Below are positions 48,220-56,864 of a stretch of 62,036 nucleotides of DNA, one piece after another. The DNA comes from an uncultured Kingella sp. (GTDB lineage Bacteria > Pseudomonadota > Gammaproteobacteria > Burkholderiales > Neisseriaceae), in contig CAKARD010000001.1 in NCBI GenBank assembly GCA_916720425.1, positions 1 through 62,036 on the forward strand. The letters are read 5' to 3'. The notes below the pieces were generated by a model that saw only the letters and a program-made list of their open reading frames with translations, was not told the origin of the DNA and searched no databases. Both the position numbers and the translations under genes were made by a program. Numbering within the stretch: position 1 is the first letter of the stretch; each line of letters opens with the position of its first letter.

Positions 48220-48978
48220 ATGATAGAAATAAAAGAAGTCTCATATCAGATTAACCATCACCCTATATTAAACAATATTAATTTAAGCATACCACAAAAT
48301 GGCATTACCGCTTTGATTGGTTCAAACGGTGCAGGAAAATCCACACTGTTTTCACTCATGGCACGATTACGTCCATTAGAAACGGGTTGCATCGCCTATA
48401 ATGGGCGCGACTTAGCCAGTACGCCCACTGCCGAAATTGCTAAAATGCTTGCCATATTGACGCAGGAAAGCAGCATACACAGTCGTATTGCAGTGCGTGA
48501 TTTATTAATGTTTGGGCGTTATCCTTATCACCAAGGGCGTCCCACTGCCGAAGATCAAGCCATGGTTGATCAAGCACTGGAACAATTTGAGTTAAGACCC
48601 TTTGCACACCGTTATTTGACTGAATTGTCGGGAGGACAAAGACAACGTGCCATGATTGCTATGGTATTTTGCCAAAGCACCGAATACGTATTATTAGATG
48701 AACCACTCAATAATCTAGATATGCATTATGCTCGCAATTTAATGCAATTATTGCGTCAAATTACGGATCAACATAAAAAAACAATAGTTGTTGTGTTACA
48801 TGACATTAATATGGCTGCGGCATATGCTGATCACGTCATCGCCATGCAAGATGGACGAGTATTGTTTTGTGGTGAACCGAACACCGTTTTTACTACGGAA
48901 AATATCAAACAACTGTTTCATATGGACGTGGACATTTTAGATCATAAAGGCAAAAAACTTATTGTACACCACATTTAA
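48220..48978 (+). CDS. Iron-siderophore ABC transporter ATP-binding protein
   Basis: Start set at MIEIKEVSY. Walker A GSNGAGKST, signature LSGGQRQR, Walker B LLDEP. Confidence 0.9.
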   Translation: MIEIKEVSYQINHHPILNNINLSIPQNGITALIGSNGAGKSTLFSLMARLRPLETGCIAYNGRDLASTPTAEIAKMLAILTQESSIHSRIAVRDLLMFGRYPYHQGRPTAEDQAMVDQALEQFELRPFAHRYLTELSGGQRQRAMIAMVFCQSTEYVLLDEPLNNLDMHYARNLMQLLRQITDQHKKTIVVVLHDINMAAAYADHVIAMQDGRVLFCGEPNTVFTTENIKQLFHMDVDILDHKGKKLIVHHI

Positions 48979-48989
48979 TCTTAGATTGA

Positions 48990-49029
48990 CATAAAAACCG
49001 CCCCTGTGGTTGAGACCTAGGAGCGGTTT
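48990..49029 (-). terminator. Intrinsic terminator of the copZ-like gene
   Basis: Stem AAACCGCCCC/GGAGCGGTTT (9 of 10 pairs), followed on the minus strand by T5. Confidence 0.6.
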
Positions 49030-49037
49030 GGTGGGGA

Positions 49038-49250
49038 TTATTTTACACTGGCATCATAGCCACCATCTTCTATGGCTTCAATGATTTGGTTTATTTGAAT
49101 CAGACTGTCATCAAATTCTACTGCAGCTTGGGCGGGAGTTAACGTTACTTGTACGTGTTTGATGCCCTCTAGAGCATTTAAAATTCTCGTTACGCTGTTA
49201 ACGCAACCGCCACAAGTCATACCACTGATATTTAGGGTTACGGTTTGCAT
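49038..49250 (-). CDS. Heavy-metal-associated (HMA) copper chaperone-like protein
   Basis: 70 aa with GMTCGGCV metal-binding motif. Confidence 0.8.
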   Translation of the reverse strand: MQTVTLNISGMTCGGCVNSVTRILNALEGIKHVQVTLTPAQAAVEFDDSLIQINQIIEAIEDGGYDASVK

Positions 49251-49277
49251 GGTTTTACTCCTAATTTGCGATAAAAT

Positions 49278-49311
49278 TTGACTATAAACCTTAACCTTAG
49301 GTTAGAGTCAA
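49278..49311 (-). promoter_or_regulatory. MerR/CueR-type promoter candidate with a 19-bp spacer and dyad
   Basis: The minus strand reads TTGACT, CTAACCTAAGGTTAAGGTT (19 bp), then TATAGT, followed by AGGAG and the ATG at 49250. The outer arms TTGACTCTAACC/GGTTTATAGTCAA are imperfectly palindromic. It overlaps the last codons and stop of the GT9 gene. Confidence 0.4.
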
Positions 49312-50355
49312 GCATTGTTGTACTTTTTCCCAAACCACATCAACTGAAATAGCATTTAATAAGCGTCGTGGATCCTCAGTATTAATGCTATCTGGATGGG
49401 GTAAAGTCGCATAATCATTTGCACAAATAACCATGGCTTGGTTTGAATAAGGTCTCCAGCGAAACACATGCGTGGCACCAAATAAGGCAATTTGTGTTTT
49501 ATTTAATGCTGCAGCCATATGCATGGGTACAGAATCTACACCAATAAATAATTTTGCGCTATCAATAGCAGCGGCAAGTTCACGTAAATTTAAATTGCCT
49601 GATAATACATATAATTGTGATGGGTTTGGGGGCTCAATGTTTTGGCAAATATTGTTTAGCATGACCTGTTCACGGGGATCGGGTGAGGCGGTTAACACGA
49701 TAGTTTGCCCATGATCCAATAAGCGCTGAATCAGCTGCGCCATTTTGTCATCATCCCAACACTTAAAAAACCAGCGTGCAGCGGGGTGAATTAAGATGTA
49801 ATCTTGCCCCATCCAGCCTTGTTGGGTGAGTTTGTCGTGTAAACTTTGGCGTGTATTAGGAGCAATGGCCATGTGTAACTGTGCATGATGGGTGGGGATG
49901 TGCAAAGGTGAGAGTAGCTCTAAGTGTGTCTCAACCATATGCTGATTTTCATGATAGCTAATTACAATATCGTCATGACACATGCGCCATAAGACACAAT
50001 CACGATGGGCATGATAATAAGCGATGGCACGTTTGGCACAGGTTTTGGCTAAAAACGCAGTGCGCCATTGATCGGAAAGATTGAGGATCACATCATAGTG
50101 TTGTGCTTTTAAATCACGCCATAAAGCGTATTCTTGTTGAATTTGGTGTGCGACACCTTGTTTTTTCCAGTTGCGATCTACCACAAATATACGATGAATG
50201 TTTGGATGATCACGTATCATATCAGCGGTTTCGGCATAAACCAACATATCTATGATGGCATGAGGTTGCGCTTGTTTGATGGCATCTATTACAGGTGTGG
50301 TGAGTAATACATCTCCATGATGGCGCAGTTTTATAATTAAGTATTGGGTACTCAT
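49297..50355 (-). CDS. Glycosyltransferase family 9 (LPS heptosyltransferase III-like)
   Basis: 352 aa. IIKLRHHGDVLLTTPV N-terminus and C-terminal GVDSVPMHMAAAL typical of GT9. Confidence 0.8.
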   Translation of the reverse strand: MSTQYLIIKLRHHGDVLLTTPVIDAIKQAQPHAIIDMLVYAETADMIRDHPNIHRIFVVDRNWKKQGVAHQIQQEYALWRDLKAQHYDVILNLSDQWRTAFLAKTCAKRAIAYYHAHRDCVLWRMCHDDIVISYHENQHMVETHLELLSPLHIPTHHAQLHMAIAPNTRQSLHDKLTQQGWMGQDYILIHPAARWFFKCWDDDKMAQLIQRLLDHGQTIVLTASPDPREQVMLNNICQNIEPPNPSQLYVLSGNLNLRELAAAIDSAKLFIGVDSVPMHMAAALNKTQIALFGATHVFRWRPYSNQAMVICANDYATLPHPDSINTEDPRRLLNAISVDVVWEKVQQCLTLT

Positions 50356-50365
50356 GGTTTATTTT

Positions 50366-53029
50366 CTAATTGATGTTTTGATCAAATACATATTGCCATA
50401 ATTGTTTTACATGGGAATAATGGGTGCGCAATTCTTCGTTAAGGGGCGTTTTGGCAAGATCGCGTAATCGTTTATTATGTTGTATGGTGCGATAATAGCG
50501 GTAGGCTTGTGCGGTGTGTTCTGCCAAGTGACTGGGAACCAGTTGATGTTGTGCGGCAATATGCAATAGGGCAATGTTGCCATAATTTTCCAATAAGGCA
50601 GGTGTCTTTGCGCTGTGTGCCAAAATCCAATATTGTACGATAAATTCCACATCTACTACGCCACCACGTGCATATTTTACGTTATCTTCAACAGGTGGGT
50701 GTGTGGCAAACATTTTTTCACGCATGGAAATAATATCTTGTTTAAGTTGAGTCTTATCTCGTGGTAACGTCAAAATAGTACGGCGTATGGCTTCAAATTG
50801 AGAACCGAGATTTGCATCACCCGCCACAAATCGCGCACGCGTGAGTGCTTGGTGTTCCCAAGTCCATGCGTTGTATTTTTGATATTTTTCAAAGGCGGTA
50901 AGACTGTGCGCTAAAAATCCGCTTTCGCCATTGGGTCGCAAACGCAAATCCACATCATATAGTACGCCAGCCCCTGTATTGCTAGATAACCATGTATTGA
51001 GACGGCGTGAGAGTTTAGTATAAATGTCTATGGCATCAGAATAGGTGTCATCAAAAAGATAAACTAAATCCAAATCAGAGACATAGCCTAATTCCTTGCC
51101 ACCAAGTTTTCCGTATGCAATGATGGCAAAATGGGGAGTGTTGTATGGGATTTTAGGTAGGCTTTGCCATGCGTGGGTTAGGGTGTGAGCCAAAATCATA
51201 TCAGCAAGTTGTGATAACTCATCGCTGAGTGCTTCTACTGTCCAAAGTTGAGCTAAGTCTTGTACGGCAAGGCGGAAAATATGTGCATGCTGACAGTGGC
51301 GTAATACATCCATTTTAGCTTCGGTATCATGGCCACAAGCGGTTAGTTGTTGTGCTAATTCTTGCTGTGCGTTTTGCCAGTTGATGGGTTGCATTAATTG
51401 AGCTGACAGCAATTCGTCTAATAAAATAGGGTGTTGTTGCCAATATTGTGCTAACCATGCGCTTTGTGACATTAATTGTGCCACTTGTTTTAAAGCTTTG
51501 GGATATTGTTGCAAAAATACTAAATATGCTGAACGGCGGCTAATGGCTTGTAAGAAATCGAGCAAACGCAATAAAGTCGCATCGTTGTGGGGGCATTGGC
51601 TTGCTGCTTCAATGAGGCGCGGTAAAATATTATCAAATCGCTGTTGTGCTTGGGCGGATAATTGGCGGTATTTACTGCTGCGTTTCAGTTGCACTAGTTG
51701 TTGTGTCAAATATGCAGAATTGGTAAAACCTAATGCATCAAATTGTGTGATCACATGGGTTTCATCTTCACAATCTTGCCACAGATTTTGTAAAGGGTGC
51801 TGATCTTCATTTTTAGGTACACTCAATACGTCATTAAAAATTTGGTTGACATTTTGGCGATGACGGTTAAGTGTTATTAAACAATTTTGCCACGTATCAA
51901 AGCCCATACTTTGTGCTAATAGGGCTTGTTGTGTGGGTGGATCGGGTAGGGTTTGCGTTTGCAAATCGTCCCAATATTGCAGGCGATGTTCCATGTTGCG
52001 TAAAAACACATAGGCTTCCAATAGTGTGTTGACGGTATCGTTAGGTAAAATGCCCAATGCATTTAGCTGATGTAAGGTTTCTTGTGTGCCTTTGAGTTGT
52101 AAGCTGCGGTTTTGTCCCCCACGGATCATTTGAAAAATTTGTGCTACAAATTCTATTTCACGAATGCCCCCTGCGCCTAATTTGATATTATTGGTCATGC
52201 CTTTTTTTTGTATTTCTTGGCAAATTTGCTGGTGTAAATCACGCATGGCATGATAAGCGTTAAAATCCAAATATTTACGGAAGACAAAAGGGCGTACAAT
52301 ATTGGTAATATCATGTGCATAGGGCGTGATAACTCGAGCTTTACACCATGCGTATCGCTCCCATTCACGCCCTTGGGTAATCAGATATTGTTCTAGGGCT
52401 GTTTCGCTGCATACTAAGGCACCACTGTCTCCATCAGGCCGCAAACGCATATCTACACGAAATACTTGACCATCTTCGGTAATATCATCTAATAGACGAA
52501 TAACTTTTTGTCCCACTTTGCTAAAAAATTCTTGATTACTGCGTTCACGTTTGCCATTGGTTGATCCGCTTTCACCAAAAATAAAAATTAAATCAATATC
52601 CGAAGAAACATTTAATTCATAGCCGCCTGCTTTTCCCATGGCAACCACATTTAAAAATTGGGCTTGTTGTGAGTATTGCCCAATGGGTGTGCCATACATT
52701 TTTTCGTAATAACGATAGGCAAAGGATACGGCGCAATAAATAGCAAAATCGGCCAGTTGTGTAATGGTTTGGGTTACTTCTGCTAAGTCGGATAGCTGGT
52801 TTAAGTCGCGTATCATGATGTGCGCCATGACGTGACGACGTAATAAACGTAAATTCTTTGCCAGTGTTTCTTCATCATCAGTAGAAAAATCAGCAAATTG
52901 GACAAAATCGTTGTGGGTGAGTGCTTGAAATAAATGTGTATTGAGCCATGTTAAGTCAAGGCGTTTTTGATCTAATTGACGTGTAAGCCACAAAGAATAG
53001 GGTTGCGCATGAAGTAAAAGTGTATTCAT
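50366..53029 (-). CDS. glnE: Bifunctional glutamine synthetase adenylyltransferase / adenylyl-removing enzyme
   Basis: Start set at MNTLLLHAQPYS (887 aa). The tracked 23-codon TTG-initiated extension runs into a GC-rich repeat. Two nucleotidyltransferase halves (GGYELNVSSDIDLIF, GGKELGYVSDLDLVY). Confidence 0.93.
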   Translation of the reverse strand: MNTLLLHAQPYSLWLTRQLDQKRLDLTWLNTHLFQALTHNDFVQFADFSTDDEETLAKNLRLLRRHVMAHIMIRDLNQLSDLAEVTQTITQLADFAIYCAVSFAYRYYEKMYGTPIGQYSQQAQFLNVVAMGKAGGYELNVSSDIDLIFIFGESGSTNGKRERSNQEFFSKVGQKVIRLLDDITEDGQVFRVDMRLRPDGDSGALVCSETALEQYLITQGREWERYAWCKARVITPYAHDITNIVRPFVFRKYLDFNAYHAMRDLHQQICQEIQKKGMTNNIKLGAGGIREIEFVAQIFQMIRGGQNRSLQLKGTQETLHQLNALGILPNDTVNTLLEAYVFLRNMEHRLQYWDDLQTQTLPDPPTQQALLAQSMGFDTWQNCLITLNRHRQNVNQIFNDVLSVPKNEDQHPLQNLWQDCEDETHVITQFDALGFTNSAYLTQQLVQLKRSSKYRQLSAQAQQRFDNILPRLIEAASQCPHNDATLLRLLDFLQAISRRSAYLVFLQQYPKALKQVAQLMSQSAWLAQYWQQHPILLDELLSAQLMQPINWQNAQQELAQQLTACGHDTEAKMDVLRHCQHAHIFRLAVQDLAQLWTVEALSDELSQLADMILAHTLTHAWQSLPKIPYNTPHFAIIAYGKLGGKELGYVSDLDLVYLFDDTYSDAIDIYTKLSRRLNTWLSSNTGAGVLYDVDLRLRPNGESGFLAHSLTAFEKYQKYNAWTWEHQALTRARFVAGDANLGSQFEAIRRTILTLPRDKTQLKQDIISMREKMFATHPPVEDNVKYARGGVVDVEFIVQYWILAHSAKTPALLENYGNIALLHIAAQHQLVPSHLAEHTAQAYRYYRTIQHNKRLRDLAKTPLNEELRTHYSHVKQLWQYVFDQNIN

Positions 53030-53054
53030 AAAATGCCTTTGGAAAAAAGGAAAT

Positions 53055-53250
53055 ACGGGTTGCGCCGTGTGCCACGCGAAATACGATTGTTGTGGCAAAA
53101 TGGAATAGCTAAAGCAGTAGTGTGACTAGAGCAAGCCCGCTACGCGGGCTTGGGGCGCGTTGCGCCCTTTTGCTTGCGTTCGGTAGCGTTAAATTTGTCG
53201 CGTGTTGCCGTTGTGTCCCGATGGCGTGGTACGCGGCGCAACGCGTGCCA
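53055..53250. repeat. Composite cluster of GC-rich box repeats and hairpins
   Basis: Box copies lie at 53057-53078, 53199-53220 (degenerate) and 53223-53249 (inverted, with 23 consecutive nt identical to the 46098 copy). Hairpins AAGCCCGC/GCGGGCTT (53133-53151) and GGGCGC/GCGCCC (53153-53167). Confidence 0.6.
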
Positions 53251-53266
53251 AAAAACAAAACACCAT

Positions 53267-54529
53267 CTAAGCACGAACGCGCTCTATACGCGCTCCAACC
53301 CCACCCAATTTTTTCTCAATGTTCTCATAACCACGATCAAGATGATAGATCTGTTCTACAATCGTTTCGCCCTCTGCCACCAAACCCGCAATCACTAAGC
53401 TGGCTGATGCGCGTAAATCCGTTGCCATCACTGTGGCACCACTCAAAGAGTCTACACCTTCTACCACCGCAGTGTTACCTTCAACAGCAATGTGTGCGCC
53501 CATACGGTTAAGCTCAGGAACATGCATAAAGCGATTTTCAAAAATGGTTTCAGTTACACGACTCATGCCTTCGGCCACAGCATTTAGTGCCATAAATTGT
53601 GCTTGCATGTCTGTGGGAAAAGCAGGATGTTCTGCTGTGCGAATATTCACCGCTTTGGCACGTTGAGGCATGTCTATGCTAATCCAATCTTCGCCGGCTT
53701 CTATAATTGCTCCCGCTTCGGTAAGCTTATCTAATACTGCTTGCATGGTATGTGGTGCTGCATGGCGCAATACCACTTTACCCCCTGTCATGGCAACGGC
53801 GCATAAAAATGTTCCCGCCTCAATACGATCAGGAACCACACTGTGTTCTGCACCATGCAATTCATTCACGCCAATAACCGTCATGGTTGGGGTGCCAATG
53901 CCTTGAATATTAGCCCCCATTTTGACTAAGCATTCTGCTAAATCTACCACTTCAGGTTCCACTGCGCAATTTTCTAAAACTGTTGTTCCTTCGGCAAGTG
54001 TGGCTGCCATAAGTAAATTTTCTGTTCCGCCTACAGTAACCATATCCATCACGACACGAGCACCTTTTAGTTTCCCATTGGGTACGGTGGCTTTAACATA
54101 GCCATGCTCAATTTCTATCATGGCACCCATAGATTCTAAGCCTTTTAGATGTTGATCCACGGGACGTGCGCCAATCGCACATCCTCCAGGCAAACTAACT
54201 TGAGCTTGTCCAAATCGTGCTAGTGTGGGGCCTAATACTAAAATAGATGCACGCATAGTGCGTACTAAGTCATAAGGTGCGCAAGTATTTTCAACGGTGC
54301 TGCCATTAATTTCAAATTCACTAATATTATCAGTCATCACGCGTGCGCCCATGCCTTGTAACAATTTTTGCGTGGTTTTTACATCAGCCAGCATAGGGAC
54401 GTTTTTTAAGCGCAAGGTACCATTAGTTAATAATCCTGCACACATTAAAGGCAAAGCGGCATTTTTTGCACCCGATACCGTGATTTCACCATAAAGTTTA
54501 CCATTAGCAATAATTTTTAGTTTATCCAC
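53267..54529 (-). CDS. murA: UDP-N-acetylglucosamine 1-carboxyvinyltransferase
   Basis: 420 aa, full-length MurA-like (GAKNAALP, active-site [13 protein letters not shown]). Confidence 0.97.
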   Translation of the reverse strand: MDKLKIIANGKLYGEITVSGAKNAALPLMCAGLLTNGTLRLKNVPMLADVKTTQKLLQGMGARVMTDNISEFEINGSTVENTCAPYDLVRTMRASILVLGPTLARFGQAQVSLPGGCAIGARPVDQHLKGLESMGAMIEIEHGYVKATVPNGKLKGARVVMDMVTVGGTENLLMAATLAEGTTVLENCAVEPEVVDLAECLVKMGANIQGIGTPTMTVIGVNELHGAEHSVVPDRIEAGTFLCAVAMTGGKVVLRHAAPHTMQAVLDKLTEAGAIIEAGEDWISIDMPQRAKAVNIRTAEHPAFPTDMQAQFMALNAVAEGMSRVTETIFENRFMHVPELNRMGAHIAVEGNTAVVEGVDSLSGATVMATDLRASASLVIAGLVAEGETIVEQIYHLDRGYENIEKKLGGVGARIERVRA

Positions 54530-54712
54530 AAGTGTTGCTTTCTTGAATAATCGTATTGATTTTATGTATGAATTATAACATCAAGTTGAGCGTGTTCCTT
54601 AAAATAAGCTCAATCCTGTTATAATTAGGCATTTAATTTGCTATTATTATAATATTATATAAAGTAGTGACATTAACAAAATCATCTTTCTAAATACACG
54701 GAGCATTAATAA

Positions 54713-56740
54713 ATGAATACTTCAGAACAACCGTCTACCCCGAGTGTTTCACGCTTTGAACAAGCCGTCGCCAATAAAGAATATGAAATGGCTTGTAAAG
54801 AACTTTTAGCTATTTTAGGAAAATTGGATGCAAATTTTGGTGGCATTCATGGTATAGATTGTGAAATGCCAGGTCAATTAGCAGGTTTGGAATATGCTCA
54901 AGTGGTGCATTTTTGTACTCGTGTTGCCAATGCAATAACCACATTATTCAAAGATCCTGATTTACATATTAGTCAAAGTGGTGCTTTATCATTTTTGCTG
55001 TTACAACGTTGGATTAATATGATCTTTGCCTCTTCGCCTTTTGTGAATACCGATCATATTCTTGCTAGCTACAATCGCAATCCAGAGCCTAACTCGCATT
55101 GGAATAATATTCGCTTAGACAGTACGCCTGATGCATTTTACAAGTTTGCTATTTTATATATCCCAGAATCAAATATTCAAATAGATTGGGACATGTTGTG
55201 GAATGCCATGCCTAATTTATGTGCAGCTTTATGTTTTGCTTTGCAATCACCACGTTTTATTGGTACGCGTGCTGCTTTTGGTAAACGTGGTCGTATTTTG
55301 CAATGGTTTCCTGAAAAATTGGCACAATTACCCAATTTAAACGAAGTTCCTGCCAATATTTCACATGATGTTTATATGCATTGTAGTTATGATACCGCAG
55401 CCAATAAACATAACGTAAAACGTAGCTTAAACCAAGTGATTCGTCGTCATATCCAAGGACAAGGTTGGCAAGATCGTGATGTCAAAACCATTGGTTATAA
55501 AAATGGTAAACCTGTGATGGTAGTGTTGTTAGAACACTTTCATGCCGCGCATTCTATTTATCGTACGCATTCGACTTCTATGGTTGCTGCACGTGAATTA
55601 TTCTATTTAATCGGTATTGGCGGCAAAGCAGTAGATCAAGCAGGTCGGGAAGTATTTGATGAGTTTTTAGAATTAAGTCATCAATCTCTCTACGACAATA
55701 TGCAAGTTGTTCGTGAGATGTGTGAAAAAGTGCAACCCGCTGTTTTGTACATGCCTAGTATTGGCATGGATTTATTCACTATTTTTATTAGCAATACACG
55801 TCTGGCACCCATTCAAGTGATTGCATTGGGACACCCTGCGACAACCCATTCCGACTTTATTGAATACGTGATTGTAGAAGATGATTATGTGGGCAGCGAA
55901 GAATGTTTTAGTGAAACGCTATTGCGTTTACCTAAAGATGCCCTACCTTATGTACCTTCTGCCTTAGCACCAGAAAAAGTGCAATATCATTTGCGTGAAA
56001 ATCCGGAAGTGGTCAATATTGGCGTGGCCTCTACCACTATGAAACTTAATCCCTATTTTTTGGAGGCATGTAAAGCCATTCGTGATCGCGCCAAAGTGAA
56101 AGTGCATTTTCATTTTGCTATGGGACAGTCCAGTGGAATCACTCATCCTTATGTAGAGCGTTTCCTCAAATCTTATTTGGGTGATGATGTCACGGCGCAT
56201 CCGCATCAAAACTATGATCGTTATCTAGAAACGCTCAACCAATGTGATATGATGATCAATCCCTTCCCGTTTGGCAACACCAATGGCATTATCGATATGG
56301 TAACGCTTGGATTGGTAGGGGTTTGCAAAACAGGGCCAGAAGTTCATGAACATATTGATGAAGGTTTATTCAAACGTCTAGGTTTACCTGAATGGCTCAT
56401 TACCCAAACCGCTGATGAGTATGTTGCATGTGCTATTCGCTTGGCAGAAAACCATGAAGAGCGTCTTGCATTGCGCCGTCATATTATAGAAAACAATGGC
56501 TTAAAAACTTTGTTTACAGGTGATGCTCGCCCTATGGGACGCGTTTTGTTGCAAAAATTACAAGATTGGGCTTCGGTTAATGAGTTTGTACTCACTTCGC
56601 CCAGTGATGCTGCAAGCGCACCAACCCCAAAAAAAACTACCACAAGAAAAGCCAGTACTAAAAGCAGTACCAAAAAACCAGCCGTTACTAAAACAACCAC
56701 CAAAAAAAACACGGCAAATAAAAGCAAAACAGCTGAGTAA
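54713..56740 (+). CDS. HMW1C-like cytoplasmic N-glycosyltransferase (NGT) with a Lys/Thr-rich C-terminal tail
   Basis: 675 aa. Collinear with the recalled A. pleuropneumoniae NGT over about 620 aa (FGGIH, YMHCSYDT, VVLLEHFHAAHSIYRTHSTSM, ALGHPATTHSDFIEYVIVEDDYVGSEECFSETLLRLPKDALPYVPS, NPFPFGNTNGIIDMV), plus a 48-aa tail. Confidence 0.85.
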   Translation: MNTSEQPSTPSVSRFEQAVANKEYEMACKELLAILGKLDANFGGIHGIDCEMPGQLAGLEYAQVVHFCTRVANAITTLFKDPDLHISQSGALSFLLLQRWINMIFASSPFVNTDHILASYNRNPEPNSHWNNIRLDSTPDAFYKFAILYIPESNIQIDWDMLWNAMPNLCAALCFALQSPRFIGTRAAFGKRGRILQWFPEKLAQLPNLNEVPANISHDVYMHCSYDTAANKHNVKRSLNQVIRRHIQGQGWQDRDVKTIGYKNGKPVMVVLLEHFHAAHSIYRTHSTSMVAARELFYLIGIGGKAVDQAGREVFDEFLELSHQSLYDNMQVVREMCEKVQPAVLYMPSIGMDLFTIFISNTRLAPIQVIALGHPATTHSDFIEYVIVEDDYVGSEECFSETLLRLPKDALPYVPSALAPEKVQYHLRENPEVVNIGVASTTMKLNPYFLEACKAIRDRAKVKVHFHFAMGQSSGITHPYVERFLKSYLGDDVTAHPHQNYDRYLETLNQCDMMINPFPFGNTNGIIDMVTLGLVGVCKTGPEVHEHIDEGLFKRLGLPEWLITQTADEYVACAIRLAENHEERLALRRHIIENNGLKTLFTGDARPMGRVLLQKLQDWASVNEFVLTSPSDAASAPTPKKTTTRKASTKSSTKKPAVTKTTTKKNTANKSKTAE

Positions 56741-56751
56741 TTTGTAAGTCC

Positions 56752-56781
56752 AAGCATTCCTAATTCAAGGAATGCTTTTTT
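56752..56781 (+). terminator. Intrinsic terminator of the NGT gene
   Basis: Stem AAGCATTCC/GGAATGCTT followed by a T-run. Confidence 0.8.
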
Positions 56782-56864
56782 ATGAGGTGCGCGAAAATAC
56801 GCCTGTTTTAAATCCCAATGAATTATTAGATAATAAAAAGTTAGATTAAACAAATGGAGCCGTC

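Noticed and set aside
53030-53098. TTG-initiated 23-codon extension of glnE
   Set aside because: It is encoded by a box repeat copy. The canonical GlnE sequence begins at MNTLLLHAQPYS.
53122-53511. ORFs 53122-53511 and 53150-53398 on the plus strand
   Set aside because: They initiate inside the GC-rich repeat cluster and continue antisense into murA. Their Arg/Cys/Pro-rich sequences are typical of translated GC repeats.
56479-56853. 124-aa antisense ORF opposite the NGT tail
   Set aside because: It is open only because the sense strand is an A-rich Lys/Thr codon run. It also crosses the NGT terminator.
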